The position numbers were made by a program, and so were the translations under genes. A model generated the notes under the pieces. That model did no database searches. It was not told the origin of the DNA and saw only the letters and a list, made by a program, of their open reading frames with translations. From contig CAWJHG010000005.1 of assembly GCA_963842585.1 (NCBI GenBank), forward strand, positions 285,652-349,651: 64,000 bases of DNA, in the 5' to 3' direction. Source of the stretch: Candidatus Acidiferrales bacterium (GTDB lineage Bacteria > Acidobacteriota > Terriglobia > Acidiferrales > UBA7541). This document shows positions 26,939 to 37,445 of this stretch, piece after piece; positions within the stretch are counted from its first letter, which is position 1, and each line of letters opens with the position of its first letter.

Positions 26939-27898
26939 CTACGGAATCACGACCAGCCTGCGGGCCTGTACGTTGCGTTCCCAGGCACCCTCGATCTCAG
27001 AGAGCGGAACCCGCTCGGTCTCGATGCGCAGTGTGCCGCTCGCTGCATCGTTCATCACCTGTTGGAACGCCTCGGTAAGCACGTCCCAAGGCGGAATCCC
27101 CGCTGTTCCCCGAATCGTCAGCGCTGTGCTCCGCAACACGGCTGCGGGCAGCGTGATTGTCGGTCCCGCGCTCTCGCCCACCTCCACCAGTCGCGTCTCC
27201 GATCCCGCAACCGCAAATTCAGAGTTGGTAATGGCCGACAGCAGGGCCTCCGTCGGATGGCCCCACAAGTAGTCGATGATCACATCGAACCCTTTCCTGC
27301 CTGTCTCGCGACGGAAGGCTTCGATCAACTCTTGATCCGGCTGGTCCAGCGGAATCGTCGCGTCCGCGCCAAGTTCGTGAAGGCTGCCGAGCACCTGTGC
27401 GTTCCGTCCCGCTGCTACAACACGCCCGGCGCCTAGAATTTTGGCGATTTGCACTGCTAGCTTGCCCGTAACTCCGGTCGCGCCAAGGATCAGCACGGTT
27501 TCTCCCGAGGCCAGCTTCGCGCTGTGCTTCAGCGAAAGCCACGCCGACACACCAGGATTGGGAATGGCCGCGGCCGTGTCGTCATCGACATTCTCGGGAA
27601 CCGAAAAACATTGCGCTCGGCGCACCACAGTGCGCTCTGCCATTGCTCCGTACGGTCGTCGTGGCCCACCAAAGAACACCCGGGTTCCGTCCTCGAGGCG
27701 TCCTACGCCATCCGCGCCGCAAACGACAGGAAATTCGCGGGGGCTGGCATAGTGCCTTCCGCTCGCCAACTGTTTGTCCACAGGCTTCAAGGCAGCCGCG
27801 CAGACATGCAGGAGTACCTCGTCTGAGCCCGGAGTCGGTTCTGGAAATTCCTCGAAGCGCGGCGGCTTTCCCGGCACGTGCAGCACGGCGGCATGCAT
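26939..27898 (-). CDS. NAD(P)H:quinone-oxidoreductase-like MDR family protein
   Basis: 319 aa. GroES-like N-terminus (MHAAVLHVPGKPPRFEEFPEP...VLLHVCAAAL). Rossmann motif ILGATGVTGKLAVQIAKILGA. It lacks the structural-Zn Cys cluster. Confidence 0.85.
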   Translation of the reverse strand: MHAAVLHVPGKPPRFEEFPEPTPGSDEVLLHVCAAALKPVDKQLASGRHYASPREFPVVCGADGVGRLEDGTRVFFGGPRRPYGAMAERTVVRRAQCFSVPENVDDDTAAAIPNPGVSAWLSLKHSAKLASGETVLILGATGVTGKLAVQIAKILGAGRVVAAGRNAQVLGSLHELGADATIPLDQPDQELIEAFRRETGRKGFDVIIDYLWGHPTEALLSAITNSEFAVAGSETRLVEVGESAGPTITLPAAVLRSTALTIRGTAGIPPWDVLTEAFQQVMNDAASGTLRIETERVPLSEIEGAWERNVQARRLVVIP

Positions 27899-28191
27899 TT
27901 GTCACCTCCATGGGGAAGTTCAAACCGGTTCCTGGGTGATGAATGAAACCGGGTCGATGGTGACAAATGTCCTTCGCGGAGGCAATACCCATCGCGTTCA
28001 TGGAACCCAGCTCCCACATATGAAGTCGGACAAGTGGAGACAGGGTCTTCGAGGTTACCTTGGATATTATTCCCGAGTGACGGGCTGACGCGCCGTTATC
28101 CGAGATCAAAAGGCTCGTTGGGACATTCTGGCTTGCCAGGTTCTGGTTTGGCTATCCGCAAAGACGGGCACGAGCCCCGCATGATATCCGG

Positions 28192-28596
28192 TTACGCTTC
28201 ATCTCTGACTATCTTCCCGGATGTGGTCTCACTCGGATAGTTGAAGAAGATCTGATTGCCGTCGGGGTCATCGACCACCAAGAGCCGGTAGCCCCACGAA
28301 CCTTCCTGGACCGAAACACCCTTGGCCTCGAATTCCGCACGCAGTGCGTCCAACGCGGCGACCTGCGCAACCGGCTCGACGTTCAAGGAAATAAAGATCA
28401 GCCCCTTGCCAATCTTCTCTGGCCACGTGTCGGCCAGGAGAATCGCGCAGCCCTGCCTCTCAACCTGTGCAACGCGCGCCCTGCCGTCCTTCTCGTAGCG
28501 CCAGGGACTCGTGAAGCCGAGTCGGTGAACGTAAAAACGGAGCGAGGCGTCAACGTCGGTCACATGCAGGACGGGGCGCGCGAACCATTCTGTCAT
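28192..28596 (-). CDS. glyoxalase/bleomycin-resistance (VOC) family protein
   Basis: The internal ATG gives MTEWFARPVLHVTDVDASLRFYVHRLGF...VVDDPDGNQIFF, a typical VOC-fold signature. Confidence 0.8.
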   Translation of the reverse strand: MTEWFARPVLHVTDVDASLRFYVHRLGFTSPWRYEKDGRARVAQVERQGCAILLADTWPEKIGKGLIFISLNVEPVAQVAALDALRAEFEAKGVSVQEGSWGYRLLVVDDPDGNQIFFNYPSETTSGKIVRDEA

Positions 28597-29011
28597 CGCT
28601 GATCTATCCTCGAACGAAGACGACCTCTTCCTGCTCGCTGCGCCTTGCATTGTACGGCTATTGTGGACGTTATCAGAAGCAGTGAGCACGATTCTTTTTG
28701 AGTTTCATTCGTCAGGACCAGTGGATGCAACTGGCAGCGATTTCTCATTGTATGCTTTCGTGGTGCGGACTCGGACCAGCCAGAAAATACATCTTTTCAC
28801 CCCTGCCAAAGGCGGATTCACGAGGACACTCTGCCACAGAACGGCGGCCGGTAGACTCAACTGACGGGACCTGCCGGCAGTGTCCGACCCGGAATCCACA
28901 TCGGCGATTTAAGCGCTTACCCGTTCGTGGACCGCTTTGCCTGAACTGTGCGAGTATTGACGCCGCTGTGCCGAGGAAAACCGTACCCGATAGCTTAGAA
29001 ATGGACGCATT

Positions 29012-29566
29012 ATGAAAGCACATCGAAAAATCATCGTGTACATTGCAACAAGCGCGGATGGGTACATCGCCAGGCCAAACGGTGATGTCGAATGGCTGAA
29101 CCGTAGGCCTAGCAAATTCGATTACGGGATGACCTCCTTCTACCGGACGATCGACACCATCCTGTGGGGCCGAAAAACCTACGACTGGGTTCTCTCCTAT
29201 CACAAGAAGAAACCCCAGAAAGAGGAGATGTTCGACAGCAAGGTCAGCAATTACGTCTTCTCAAGGAAGCCGCCGAAACGGGCAGCACCCGGGGTCGAGT
29301 TCGTATCGGAGCCGGTAAAAGCATTCGCACAGCGGCTTCGAGCGATGCCAGGAAAACACATTTGGATGATGGGTGGGGGTGAACTGATTGCCTCGTTTCT
29401 CGACGCTGGCGAGATTGACGAGTTCAATATTCACGTCATCCCCAACCTCATCGGTGAGGGAATTCCGTTAATGGCGCCTCGCCATCGGGACATCGTACTT
29501 CGCTTGCTTTCAACCAGGAAGTACCCGGACGGCGTCGTCGAGGTGCGCTATGAGGTCCCACGGTGA
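29012..29566 (+). CDS. dihydrofolate-reductase-family protein (RibD C-terminal domain)
   Basis: KIIVYIATSADGYIARPNGDVEWL...ILWGRKTY...WMMGGGELIASFL is typical of the RibD_C/DHFR-like family. Confidence 0.85.
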   Translation: MKAHRKIIVYIATSADGYIARPNGDVEWLNRRPSKFDYGMTSFYRTIDTILWGRKTYDWVLSYHKKKPQKEEMFDSKVSNYVFSRKPPKRAAPGVEFVSEPVKAFAQRLRAMPGKHIWMMGGGELIASFLDAGEIDEFNIHVIPNLIGEGIPLMAPRHRDIVLRLLSTRKYPDGVVEVRYEVPR

Positions 29567-30246
29567 GCAAAGTTCACTACTGGTTGTGCGACCGGGCATT
29601 CTGAGGCAATCAAGTACCGGTTGACCGGCTTTCCGCTGACTTTTCTGAAGCGATCCTCCATAGTTTCGAATTGGAGCGATGCGGATTGGAGCCCATCAGC
29701 GCTGTGCTCCAATCTAAGGGCAGATTTGTCGATTGTGAGGTGCGCCACACCGTAATGAAAAAAAGTCGTCCGAAGGGAAAATCAACGCAGCCAGATGCCT
29801 GAGGAGGCCATTCCAGAGCCGCTTACGCTCGACTCCATGAAGTGTAGATACCCACATTTGCGAATTCCGCGTTTCCCAAAATCCGGTTCCGCCTCACCTA
29901 GAGCATGAGCCGCAAAGCCATTCTGAATTTACAATCGCACAGACCGTAATCGTATTGGATGCGTTGATTTATCGGATCGAGCGGTATATGTTCGTCGCCG
30001 CGCACTGGAGCGATCTCCGTTCTGAGAAGTGCAAATCTGCGTTTAAGCACTCGAAAATCACGCCTGCTCTCACCGTGTCCGACTATTGTTTTCCCCGCAA
30101 ACCCAATTTTTCTAGGGAGGGTCTGCGGTTGGAGTGTCCCTCTTGCAAAGAACCTTCCATATTTCATCGGGAGCAACTTACGTACCGAGCAGCATAACGC
30201 AGAGGCAGAAATCCTTGACCGATTACTTCTTCTTCGGTGATTCAAG

Positions 30247-30801
30247 TCAGCCCTTCGAAGAGCACACTGTGATTGATATCAGCATTCTGACCCAGCGTGC
30301 GGGTCGCTTTTCGTGTGGGGCAATGAGACGGAATGGACCTTGTTTGGCTGGGATCGGACTGTCGTCCATGGTGTCGGCCACAATAATGTCGGAATCAAGA
30401 ATCCCGGAATCTAACTCCGCTAGGGAAAACACTACGCGATAACCATCTTCTGCCTCAGCGATGACATAGGTAGCCAGAGACTGGCCATGAAGCTGTTCGC
30501 CTTGGGGCACACCGGCACGTTTCAGCAACTCTGCGAGCAACACCCCTTCATAGGTTGCGGATGTCTTCTCATGCGAATTCGTCACGGTAAGCGTTTTCCG
30601 CGGCATGCGCTTGAGGTCAGCGACTGTCAATACCAGAGGGGTTGAGACTGCACCAGTGATGCGGAGCGTGGGTGCAGGCCCGGTCGAAGTTGTGGGTGGC
30701 GTTGAGGGCGTTTGTGCACGGGAGCTCGCCGGGGCCAGGAGAATCACGGGCAGGAAGAATGCGATGCATGGCCGGAAAACATGGTGGAAGTTGCGATACA
30801 C
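30247..30801 (-). CDS. secreted small molybdopterin-oxidoreductase-domain-like protein
   Basis: Signal peptide (FFLPVILLAPASSRAQ). The segment GAVSTPLVLTVADLKRMP...YEGVLLAELLKRAGV...DGYRVVFSLAELD...GPFRLIAP resembles the Mo-co binding-domain family. It neighbours a Mop gene. Confidence 0.6.
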   Translation of the reverse strand: MYRNFHHVFRPCIAFFLPVILLAPASSRAQTPSTPPTTSTGPAPTLRITGAVSTPLVLTVADLKRMPRKTLTVTNSHEKTSATYEGVLLAELLKRAGVPQGEQLHGQSLATYVIAEAEDGYRVVFSLAELDSGILDSDIIVADTMDDSPIPAKQGPFRLIAPHEKRPARWVRMLISITVCSSKG

Positions 30802-30839
30802 GGGAAGATGCGTTCCTTCAGATTGCTGTGTAAAGAAGC

Positions 30840-31046
30840 TTATCGCTTGTCGAGCATTACTTCGGTGGATTTGATCACGGCAGAAACCGTGTCCCCCACC
30901 TTTAGTTTCATTTCCTCTGCGCTGCGCTTGGTAATCACGCTCTCGATAACATTCTTGCCGACCTTTATCACCACGTGGGCCATAACGCCGCCGAATTGGA
31001 TTTCAGTCACTTTTCCTTCAAGCCGATTGCGAGCTGATAATGTCAT
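30840..31046 (-). CDS. molybdenum-pterin-binding / TOBE-domain protein (Mop)
   Basis: 68 aa. MTLSARNRLEGKVTEIQFGGVMAHVVIKVG...VISVITKRSAEEMKLKVGDTVSAVIKSTEVML is the classic single-TOBE Mop pattern. Confidence 0.75.
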   Translation of the reverse strand: MTLSARNRLEGKVTEIQFGGVMAHVVIKVGKNVIESVITKRSAEEMKLKVGDTVSAVIKSTEVMLDKR

Positions 31047-31199
31047 GCGGGTGAGGATACTCTGAGTCGCACGTAGAGTCCAGAAGCTTGAGGGTTGAGT
31101 TCTGTCAAATCGGCCCCGTCCGGAAATCATATTAATTAAGGTTCAGAAAGGAGTGGGCACATGGGGCCGAGACGGGTATTCTGCGCAACATTTTCTGCC

Positions 31200-31592
31200 T
31201 CAGTGAAGAAACCAGCCAGCTGCGACTGCAACCATAGTCAATTTCAGCAACCATCCGGCAGTGTAGGACACCACGAAAACGCGATGCAGTTTCATGAACG
31301 CAGCATTGGTGAGAATCAGCGGTAAAGGGCAGAGCAACCACACCGCGAGGCCCAGTTTGACGGCGCCCTCCACCGAGTGAAGACCCAGCCGAGCGATGAC
31401 GTAGGTAAACACTCCGCAAGTCAGAAAAGGCAGGGGACTGGTCAGAGCAATTGCTCGTCTTTCTGCTCCCTCGCGCCAGATTTCAGGATACGTGTAACGC
31501 CGGTGGAGCCAATCACCTGCAAAGAACCAGTCGGTCAGCGAAGATGCAATACCAGTGCCGATGGTGACGGCGATGAATCTCGTCCAGTTCAT
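31200..31592 (-). CDS. small membrane protein (DUF1761-like)
   Basis: ATG 31592 is preceded by GGAGG. The product has four hydrophobic segments. The longer track ORF start (31739) lacks support. Confidence 0.55.
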   Translation of the reverse strand: MNWTRFIAVTIGTGIASSLTDWFFAGDWLHRRYTYPEIWREGAERRAIALTSPLPFLTCGVFTYVIARLGLHSVEGAVKLGLAVWLLCPLPLILTNAAFMKLHRVFVVSYTAGWLLKLTMVAVAAGWFLH

Positions 31593-31775
31593 GACGTCCT
31601 CCCAGGTGCAGACGCATTCTACTTTGGACACGACCTGCGCGCCTCGACAAAAGCGAGAGGGATCACTTCCGCGTTCCTCGTTGCCCCGTTCCGATCTCCA
31701 AGGAATCCAGGCGGACTGCATCCGCCGTTTGGCCACCATTCGCCAGCAAATCTACTTGTTGTTAGACTTCCAGCA

Positions 31776-32831
31776 ATGCTACTTCGCTCCAAGCGGATGA
31801 AGTTCGATAATTCCGTTGGCCCATTTCGCCGCGCACTGCGGTATGCCTTTTATGATTGGGCCCGCGAATTGCCTCGTTCGAAACGCATCTTCCTGTACGT
31901 CGCCATTATTCTTGAGGGATATTCGTTCTATTACGCACTGACGTGGGCGTTTAAGTTGCCCACCTGGTTGTCGCCCTATTTCCTAATCCTGCCGAGATCG
32001 CCAGCGGCCATTGTGCTGGTGATCCTGCTTTATTTTGCCGGCCGCTTACTCCAGAATGGCTTGCTAGCTTCGGAATTTGTTCGCAAGACACAGCTGGAGA
32101 CGGATCAAATTGCTGCACGACAGATCCAGCAGACACGCCAGCCGGGCGAGCTGGAAGATTTGCCTGGCTACGAGTTGGAGGCGTTTTACCAGCCTTTACG
32201 CGAAGTGGGTGGCGACTACTTTGACGTCATAGATCTTCCAGGGGGCCGGACGCTCTTCGCATTGGCGGATGTGTCGGGGAAGGGAATGCCGGCGGCTCTG
32301 CTCGCCGCAAACATACAGGCTCTGGTGAGGAGCATTGCCAGTGTCGAATCGAATCCACTGGCGTTGGCCCAGCAGATCAACGTGCACCTGAGCCGATACT
32401 CCCCGATTGATCGCTTTGCCACTGCTGTTTTCCTTGTACTCAGTCGCGATTCGGGAGAATTGACTTATGTGAATGCCGGTCACAATGCCCCGATCTTCTC
32501 TTCTTCTGGATCCGCGACATTTCTGGAAGCTACCGGTATGCCTCTCGGACTCTTTCCAGATGCACAATACTCCGCATGTACAACGGTGATCAGCAAAGGT
32601 AGTACTCTCCTGATATTCAGTGATGGATTGACCGACTCGATTCCGGGAGAGCATCCCGAAAATCGCTTGCGTGATGCTTTCGCCGGCGACGCCGGACAAA
32701 CCATGGCGAACCTCAGATCACTCATGGATCCGAAATTCAAAGAGGATGATGTCACCATATTGCTGGTAAGACGAATGGCGGGTTCGCCCACCGCCCCCCT
32801 GCTTGGAGAAGACAGGAACGGAACGGGGTAG
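31776..32831 (+). CDS. membrane-anchored PP2C/SpoIIE-family protein phosphatase
   Basis: Two N-terminal TM segments, then EVGGDYFDVIDL...ALADVSGKGMPAALLAA...FSDGLTD. The start is ATG 31776 or 31797. The upstream part of the track ORF overlaps the minus-strand membrane gene. Confidence 0.8.
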   Translation: MLLRSKRMKFDNSVGPFRRALRYAFYDWARELPRSKRIFLYVAIILEGYSFYYALTWAFKLPTWLSPYFLILPRSPAAIVLVILLYFAGRLLQNGLLASEFVRKTQLETDQIAARQIQQTRQPGELEDLPGYELEAFYQPLREVGGDYFDVIDLPGGRTLFALADVSGKGMPAALLAANIQALVRSIASVESNPLALAQQINVHLSRYSPIDRFATAVFLVLSRDSGELTYVNAGHNAPIFSSSGSATFLEATGMPLGLFPDAQYSACTTVISKGSTLLIFSDGLTDSIPGEHPENRLRDAFAGDAGQTMANLRSLMDPKFKEDDVTILLVRRMAGSPTAPLLGEDRNGTG

Positions 32832-32998
32832 GTGCGGTTGCGGCTCACTCCTGGTCTGCTGATCGGAATTCATCGCAAAAGTTCTAGTCACGATGTTGCT
32901 GGCGTATTACTTGCCAAGAACCGTAGTTTCGGTTCCCGGGGAATTAGGACTTAGGAATCCGGAATGACCTCCCCCGGATTCAGGTTCAAAATCACCAT

Positions 32999-33865
32999 AT
33001 GGCCAAGGCAGCCGCGAAAACTGGAGTCATGCCGATGGCGCTTGTGGCGGTCGAGCAATACTTTCCAAAAGCACAGCGCGTCATCGACGATGGCTTGGCT
33101 GTTCGACTGTTGCCACTCGGAGTCAGGATATTTCTTCTCTTCTTACGGCCTCGCTGGATGAGAAATTGGATCATCCGCTTGAGCGAAAAGAGCAACCCCG
33201 GCATCTGGGGCGGCTTGTTGTGCAGGAAGCGTTACATCGACGAGAAGCTCCTTGCCTCTCAGGGTGAGATTCAGGCTGTCGTGAACCTGGGCGCTGGATT
33301 TGACACACGACCCTATCGCCTTCCGGCCCTCGCTAGCCTGCCCGTCTGGGAGGTCGACCAGCACGAAAATGTACGGGCGAAGGAGCAGCGACTGCAGAAA
33401 GCGTTTGGAACGATCCCCGCGAACGTCAAGCTCGTCCGGGCCGATTTCAACCGCGACGACCTTGGCTCCATACTGGCCGCCCAGGGATACTCCGTGACCA
33501 AACAGACATTCTTCGTGTGGGAAGGGGTGACGCAATACTTAACAGAACCAGGCGTCCGAGCGACCTTCGATTGGCTCGCCAAGGCTGCACCGGGCAGCCG
33601 CCTGGCATTCACCTACGTCCGCAAGAGCTTTTTGGTCGGCGAGTCCTCATTCGGTTGGGAGAGTGGCTACAAGCGGTTTGTCGCGAGCAAGATCTGGCTA
33701 TTCGGGATGGAGCCCGAAGATTGCCACAGTTTCCTCAAGGATTACGGCTGGCAGATCGTTGAAGACGTCGGCTATCGCGAGCTGGCGGAGAGGTATATTG
33801 TCCCGACCGGTCGCCGGCTCAATTCCACACCCGTGGAACGGATGGTCTATGCGGAGAAGGTCTGA
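32999..33865 (+). CDS. class I SAM-dependent methyltransferase (leucine carboxyl methyltransferase-like family)
   Basis: VVNLGAGFDTRPYRL...VRADF...FFVWEGVTQYL is the signature of the LCM / TIGR00027-type O-methyltransferases. Confidence 0.85.
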   Translation: MAKAAAKTGVMPMALVAVEQYFPKAQRVIDDGLAVRLLPLGVRIFLLFLRPRWMRNWIIRLSEKSNPGIWGGLLCRKRYIDEKLLASQGEIQAVVNLGAGFDTRPYRLPALASLPVWEVDQHENVRAKEQRLQKAFGTIPANVKLVRADFNRDDLGSILAAQGYSVTKQTFFVWEGVTQYLTEPGVRATFDWLAKAAPGSRLAFTYVRKSFLVGESSFGWESGYKRFVASKIWLFGMEPEDCHSFLKDYGWQIVEDVGYRELAERYIVPTGRRLNSTPVERMVYAEKV

Positions 33866-33999
33866 TTCCAAAGCCCGACTGAACCAGTGCGTCGCTCGGG
33901 GGCACAATTAACCACACCATGCTGATGTCTGCACGGTCCTAGAATTCCTGATTCACTGGCACGGGAACGCTCTCAAATGGCGGCGTCGTCGGATGAGCT

Positions 34000-35160
34000 C
34001 TAGAGATTGCGTTGGCGTTCCATGTTCCGTAGCATGTCGTACATGGCGGTGTCCATCTCCTGGTGAGGCTCAGATCGTGTGTTGCAAATCGCCGCCGAGC
34101 ATGAGCCATCTGAGTTACGGATCATGAGGGCCGTCGAGCCCGGCAGACTGCCGCTGTGCCACCAACTGCCGGCGCCATCATCAGCGACCATCCACCCGCG
34201 AGCGTAACGAGCATCGCCCTGCGGATAGGCCGGGGCCGGAGTGGTCATTGCGCGGATCGTTTCCGGTTTAAGAAGCGCAGGAATACCGGGCGCTCCGGCG
34301 ACATGGTCGAGGAACTGCACAAGTTGGGTAGAGGAAGCGATCCACCCGCCACTCGAATCCATGCGATTGACGTTGATCTTGTAGGGATCTTCCGAGTATT
34401 GGCCAATGTAGACCACCTCGTCCGAAGCCCGCCGCCGCTCACCATTGCCGGCGATCTGCATCGTGGTGATTCCACAGGGAACGAGAATATTTCCTCGCAC
34501 GTAGTCCTCATAAGACTGGCCGGTCACCTGTTCGATGATCCTTCCGAGCAGGCAGTAGCCGAAGTTCGAGTAGGCCCATTGGGTTCCAGGCTGGCTTGTC
34601 AATGGCTTATTGTCGATCGTCGAGGAGATCAGCTTTGATTGGTCCCAGCCGTTGTCATGGAACATGGGATCGTTGTCGTCAGCTGCCCATCCGCCGATGG
34701 TGTGGGTAAGAAGGTGATCCACGGTAATGTCCGGGACGTACGTTTTGTAGGGAGGCTTACCATACTTCGTGCTGAGTATTCCCACGGAGCCAAAGACACG
34801 GTCCGAAAGATTCAGCTTGCCGGCTTCGATCAACGAGAAGATCGTGACGGCCGTAATCACTTTCGAAAGGTCGGCGATGCGGAACAGGCTGGTCTCCTGC
34901 GCCTGCGTCATGTGCTGACGATCGGCCATGCCGCCTGCATGGTCAAAGACGAAACGTCCGTTCTTCGAGAGAGCAATCGACATGGCGGGTACGCGATACT
35001 GCCGCTGGAACGGCTCCGTGTATTGCAACATCCCGCCACGTTGTTGATGCGGCCGGCCGAGTGAATGCGCGAGCGCATTTAGTGCTGGCGTGCCAACAGC
35101 CGTAAAAGCAACTGCTCGGGAGAGGTTGGTCAAAACGGTTCTTCGAGTGTAAGTCTGCAT
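34000..35160 (-). CDS. serine hydrolase, beta-lactamase (class C-related) family
   Basis: Tat/Sec-like signal (RRTVLTNLSRAVAFTAVGTPALNALA). SxxK motif (FRIADLSKVITAV). YSNFGY (Y-x-N). The C-terminus has GGWIAS / GSLPGS. Confidence 0.85.
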   Translation of the reverse strand: MQTYTRRTVLTNLSRAVAFTAVGTPALNALAHSLGRPHQQRGGMLQYTEPFQRQYRVPAMSIALSKNGRFVFDHAGGMADRQHMTQAQETSLFRIADLSKVITAVTIFSLIEAGKLNLSDRVFGSVGILSTKYGKPPYKTYVPDITVDHLLTHTIGGWAADDNDPMFHDNGWDQSKLISSTIDNKPLTSQPGTQWAYSNFGYCLLGRIIEQVTGQSYEDYVRGNILVPCGITTMQIAGNGERRRASDEVVYIGQYSEDPYKINVNRMDSSGGWIASSTQLVQFLDHVAGAPGIPALLKPETIRAMTTPAPAYPQGDARYARGWMVADDGAGSWWHSGSLPGSTALMIRNSDGSCSAAICNTRSEPHQEMDTAMYDMLRNMERQRNL

Positions 35161-35192
35161 TGGGAAATGACTCAGTGTTCGACGATGGATGG

Positions 35193-35600
35193 TTACTGCG
35201 TGCGCTGCCCTTGAAACGATCCGGTGCCGCCACGATCGTGGAATGTGCCGTTGAAGGTGCTGCCTTGTACAACACCGTTCACTCTTGGCCCATCAACTCT
35301 TCCCCGAAAGACCAGCACCTCCCGCGTCTTGGTGCGCACCACGAGATGCTGCCCGTTGATCGTGCCTTCCACTCCGCCGGATTGGTTGGGGCCCTTAAAG
35401 TGGCCCTTAATGTTGGTGCCATCCTGCTCGAGATCAAGATACTTCGAAGATGTACTCCCGTTGGGATCATTGCAGTAGAGGGTCCATTTGCCGGCAACAG
35501 TTGCCGGAGGCATCTCCGCCGGGGGTTGCTGCGACCATACCGCTTGATAATAAATTGTTAGTAGCAATAAACAGAGGAAACAGTAGCTCAATTTCTTCAT
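35193..35600 (-). CDS. secreted hypothetical protein
   Basis: 135 aa with a clear signal peptide (MKKLSYCFLCLLLLTIYYQAVWS). Gly/Thr-rich beta-type sequence. No recognisable family. Confidence 0.6.
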   Translation of the reverse strand: MKKLSYCFLCLLLLTIYYQAVWSQQPPAEMPPATVAGKWTLYCNDPNGSTSSKYLDLEQDGTNIKGHFKGPNQSGGVEGTINGQHLVVRTKTREVLVFRGRVDGPRVNGVVQGSTFNGTFHDRGGTGSFQGQRTQ

Positions 35601-36399
35601 TTCAGGTCCTCAAAGCTTTACGGCATTTACCGTACAACGCATCCTCTACAACCGCACATGAGATTACCCGGGGAACCACCCAAGTTCCATCGCGAAAACT
35701 ACAAAGCTGCCGTGTGGTTCCACATGATTTCATTCACTTAACCTGCTCGGCATCACATAGCCACTCACATTACTCTGACGCTAGAAGAATTATCGCGACT
35801 GTATTCAGAAGTCCAGCTGAACTTTAAGAACCCCTTGCCTGGCAGCCGTAATCTTAAGATCGAGATGCTGGCAGATGGTCGCAACAGGGTTGACCGTCCT
35901 TCTGCGACAGTAGACTCGCTCCGCCTACCGCTCACTGGTTGGCAGAAAGTCGCAGTGGACTATTACCACGAGGTGAATCAGAACGGAGCGGCGCCCGCAC
36001 CCATTGTGGCCATGCAAACTATGGTCGGGAATCGACTTCCCGTAGAACTTTCCAGTCGCCCTGACTTTTCGGACGCCACCCTGCAGGACGGCAAGCCCAT
36101 CATTCGCGACCCAAATCCCAGTAACGGTAACTAGAAATGCGGGGGCTAGTGTGGTTGCCCCAATTATTCGACACTATAGCGGATCTTCCTCGTTCGGCAG
36201 AAAATGACAGAGTAGAACGTAAACGGGGCATTGGTCCCCGCGCTAGTCAGACTCGGCCTTTCGTAAGCGACCGCCCAGCGACAAGGAGCACCTACTCGCC
36301 TGATTCCTTTTGAAACGGGCTACCGCATAAGAATTTTGCAATCCTCTTCGTCGAGAATTGTTGAGGCTAACTGCTCCCACGTTTGGATCCAACCTCCAG

Positions 36400-37010
36400 A
36401 ACGGGGCCCACAGATCGCTCTCTAAAGGCCCATGTGACTCAGACTTGCCGGCTGTATGGCTTTCGACTTTGCAGTCGACCGGGCTAGCGGATGTACTGGA
36501 TAACCTGGATGATAGACGAGAATTCGAGCTGGCGATCAATACTGGTCTTCGAAAGGGCAATCAGTACAGCCTGACATGGGACATGATAGACTTTAAAGGT
36601 CGGGAGTTGAACCTTCCGCGGACAAGAATGAAGAACCCATACACGTCCCGTTAAATGAAACTGCGGTTGCGGCCCTGAGGGTTGTGCTCGACCGGGGCGA
36701 CGGGAAAGGGCGTGTGTTTTAAGCGGAGAGGACGGGTGAGCCGCTTGAAAACGGGCGGCATTGATACGACCATGCGAGATCAAGAATTTCGATGGCACGC
36801 CCCGAGCCATACATTTACGAGCCGGTTGCGAATGGAGGCCGCTCCGCTAGAGGGTATCGCTGGCTTGCTGGGGGACTAGGGTTTGACGATAGCACGGTGG
36901 TAAGTGCTTCTCGGTCCGAATATGCGGCACGCAACAGTGTCACGGATTGAACCCAGTGCCACCGACGAAAAAAGTCGGGAGCGACCACTTCACAGGTTGT
37001 TATGCAGTAA
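36400..37010 (+). pseudogene. frameshifted/truncated tyrosine-recombinase (phage integrase family) remnant
   Basis: Integrase catalytic-domain pieces are spread over three frames: ...ELAINTGLRKGNQYSLTWDMIDFKGRELNLPRT, NEEPIHVPLNETAVAALRVVLDRGDGKGRVF, FRWHAPSHTFTSRL and GIAGLLG. They are interrupted by stops and shifts. The remnant ends 8 nt before tRNA-Lys. Confidence 0.65.
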
Positions 37011-37017
37011 AGAGTTT

Positions 37018-37092
37018 AGGGGCGTAGCTCAGTGGTAGAGCAGCGGCCTTTTAAGCCGAAGGTCGTGGGTTCGATCCCCACCGCCCCTACCA
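37018..37092 (+). tRNA. tRNA-Lys (anticodon UUU), CCA encoded
   Basis: Manual cloverleaf. Acceptor AGGGGCG/CGCCCCT, D arm GCTC-AGTGGTA-GAGC, anticodon loop C-T-TTT-A-A, T arm GTGGG-TTCGATC-CCCAC, discriminator A plus CCA. Confidence 0.95.
37070..37092 (+). repeat. att core copy 1 (3' 23 nt of tRNA-Lys) = attL
   Basis: TTCGATCCCCACCGCCCCTACCA. Exact copies occur at 54996-55018 and 56635-56657. Confidence 0.9.
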
Positions 37093-37445
37093 TCCATCTC
37101 ATTAACTTCAAAGGACTTTCGAAAAGCGCGAGGCAGCAAAAGGCAGCAATAACATAAGATTGCGCTGGTGTACGGATATTCCAGAGCGTAACGGGTGGCA
37201 CTCCAGCGCATTCTCCAAGACTCGAATATTATTAAAGCCTAAGGCCTCCATGCGCTGACCGCGGATGACACGCCGGTATCAGAAGCGGTCGCTCGTCTCG
37301 AATCCTCAACGCGTGGGTTCTGCTCCAATCAACGCCGAGATCGTCGACTGGTGCTATACCCCACTTGGACGATAACCCAACTCCACAGGAGTTAGGGAGC
37401 TTCCGGGTTGGCCAATGTTCTCATTCGTGGTGTCTAATCAAGTAA

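Noticed and set aside
29567-30246. Short ORFs 29548-29748(-), 29898-30245(-) and 29955-30197(+) in an AT-richer 680-nt gap.
   Set aside because: They overlap one another, have no motifs and no RBS. This may be decayed sequence, but no call can be supported.
35835-36134. 99-aa plus-strand ORF between the secreted protein gene and the integrase remnant.
   Set aside because: No RBS, no recognisable motif, and a TTG start. It cannot be supported beyond being open.
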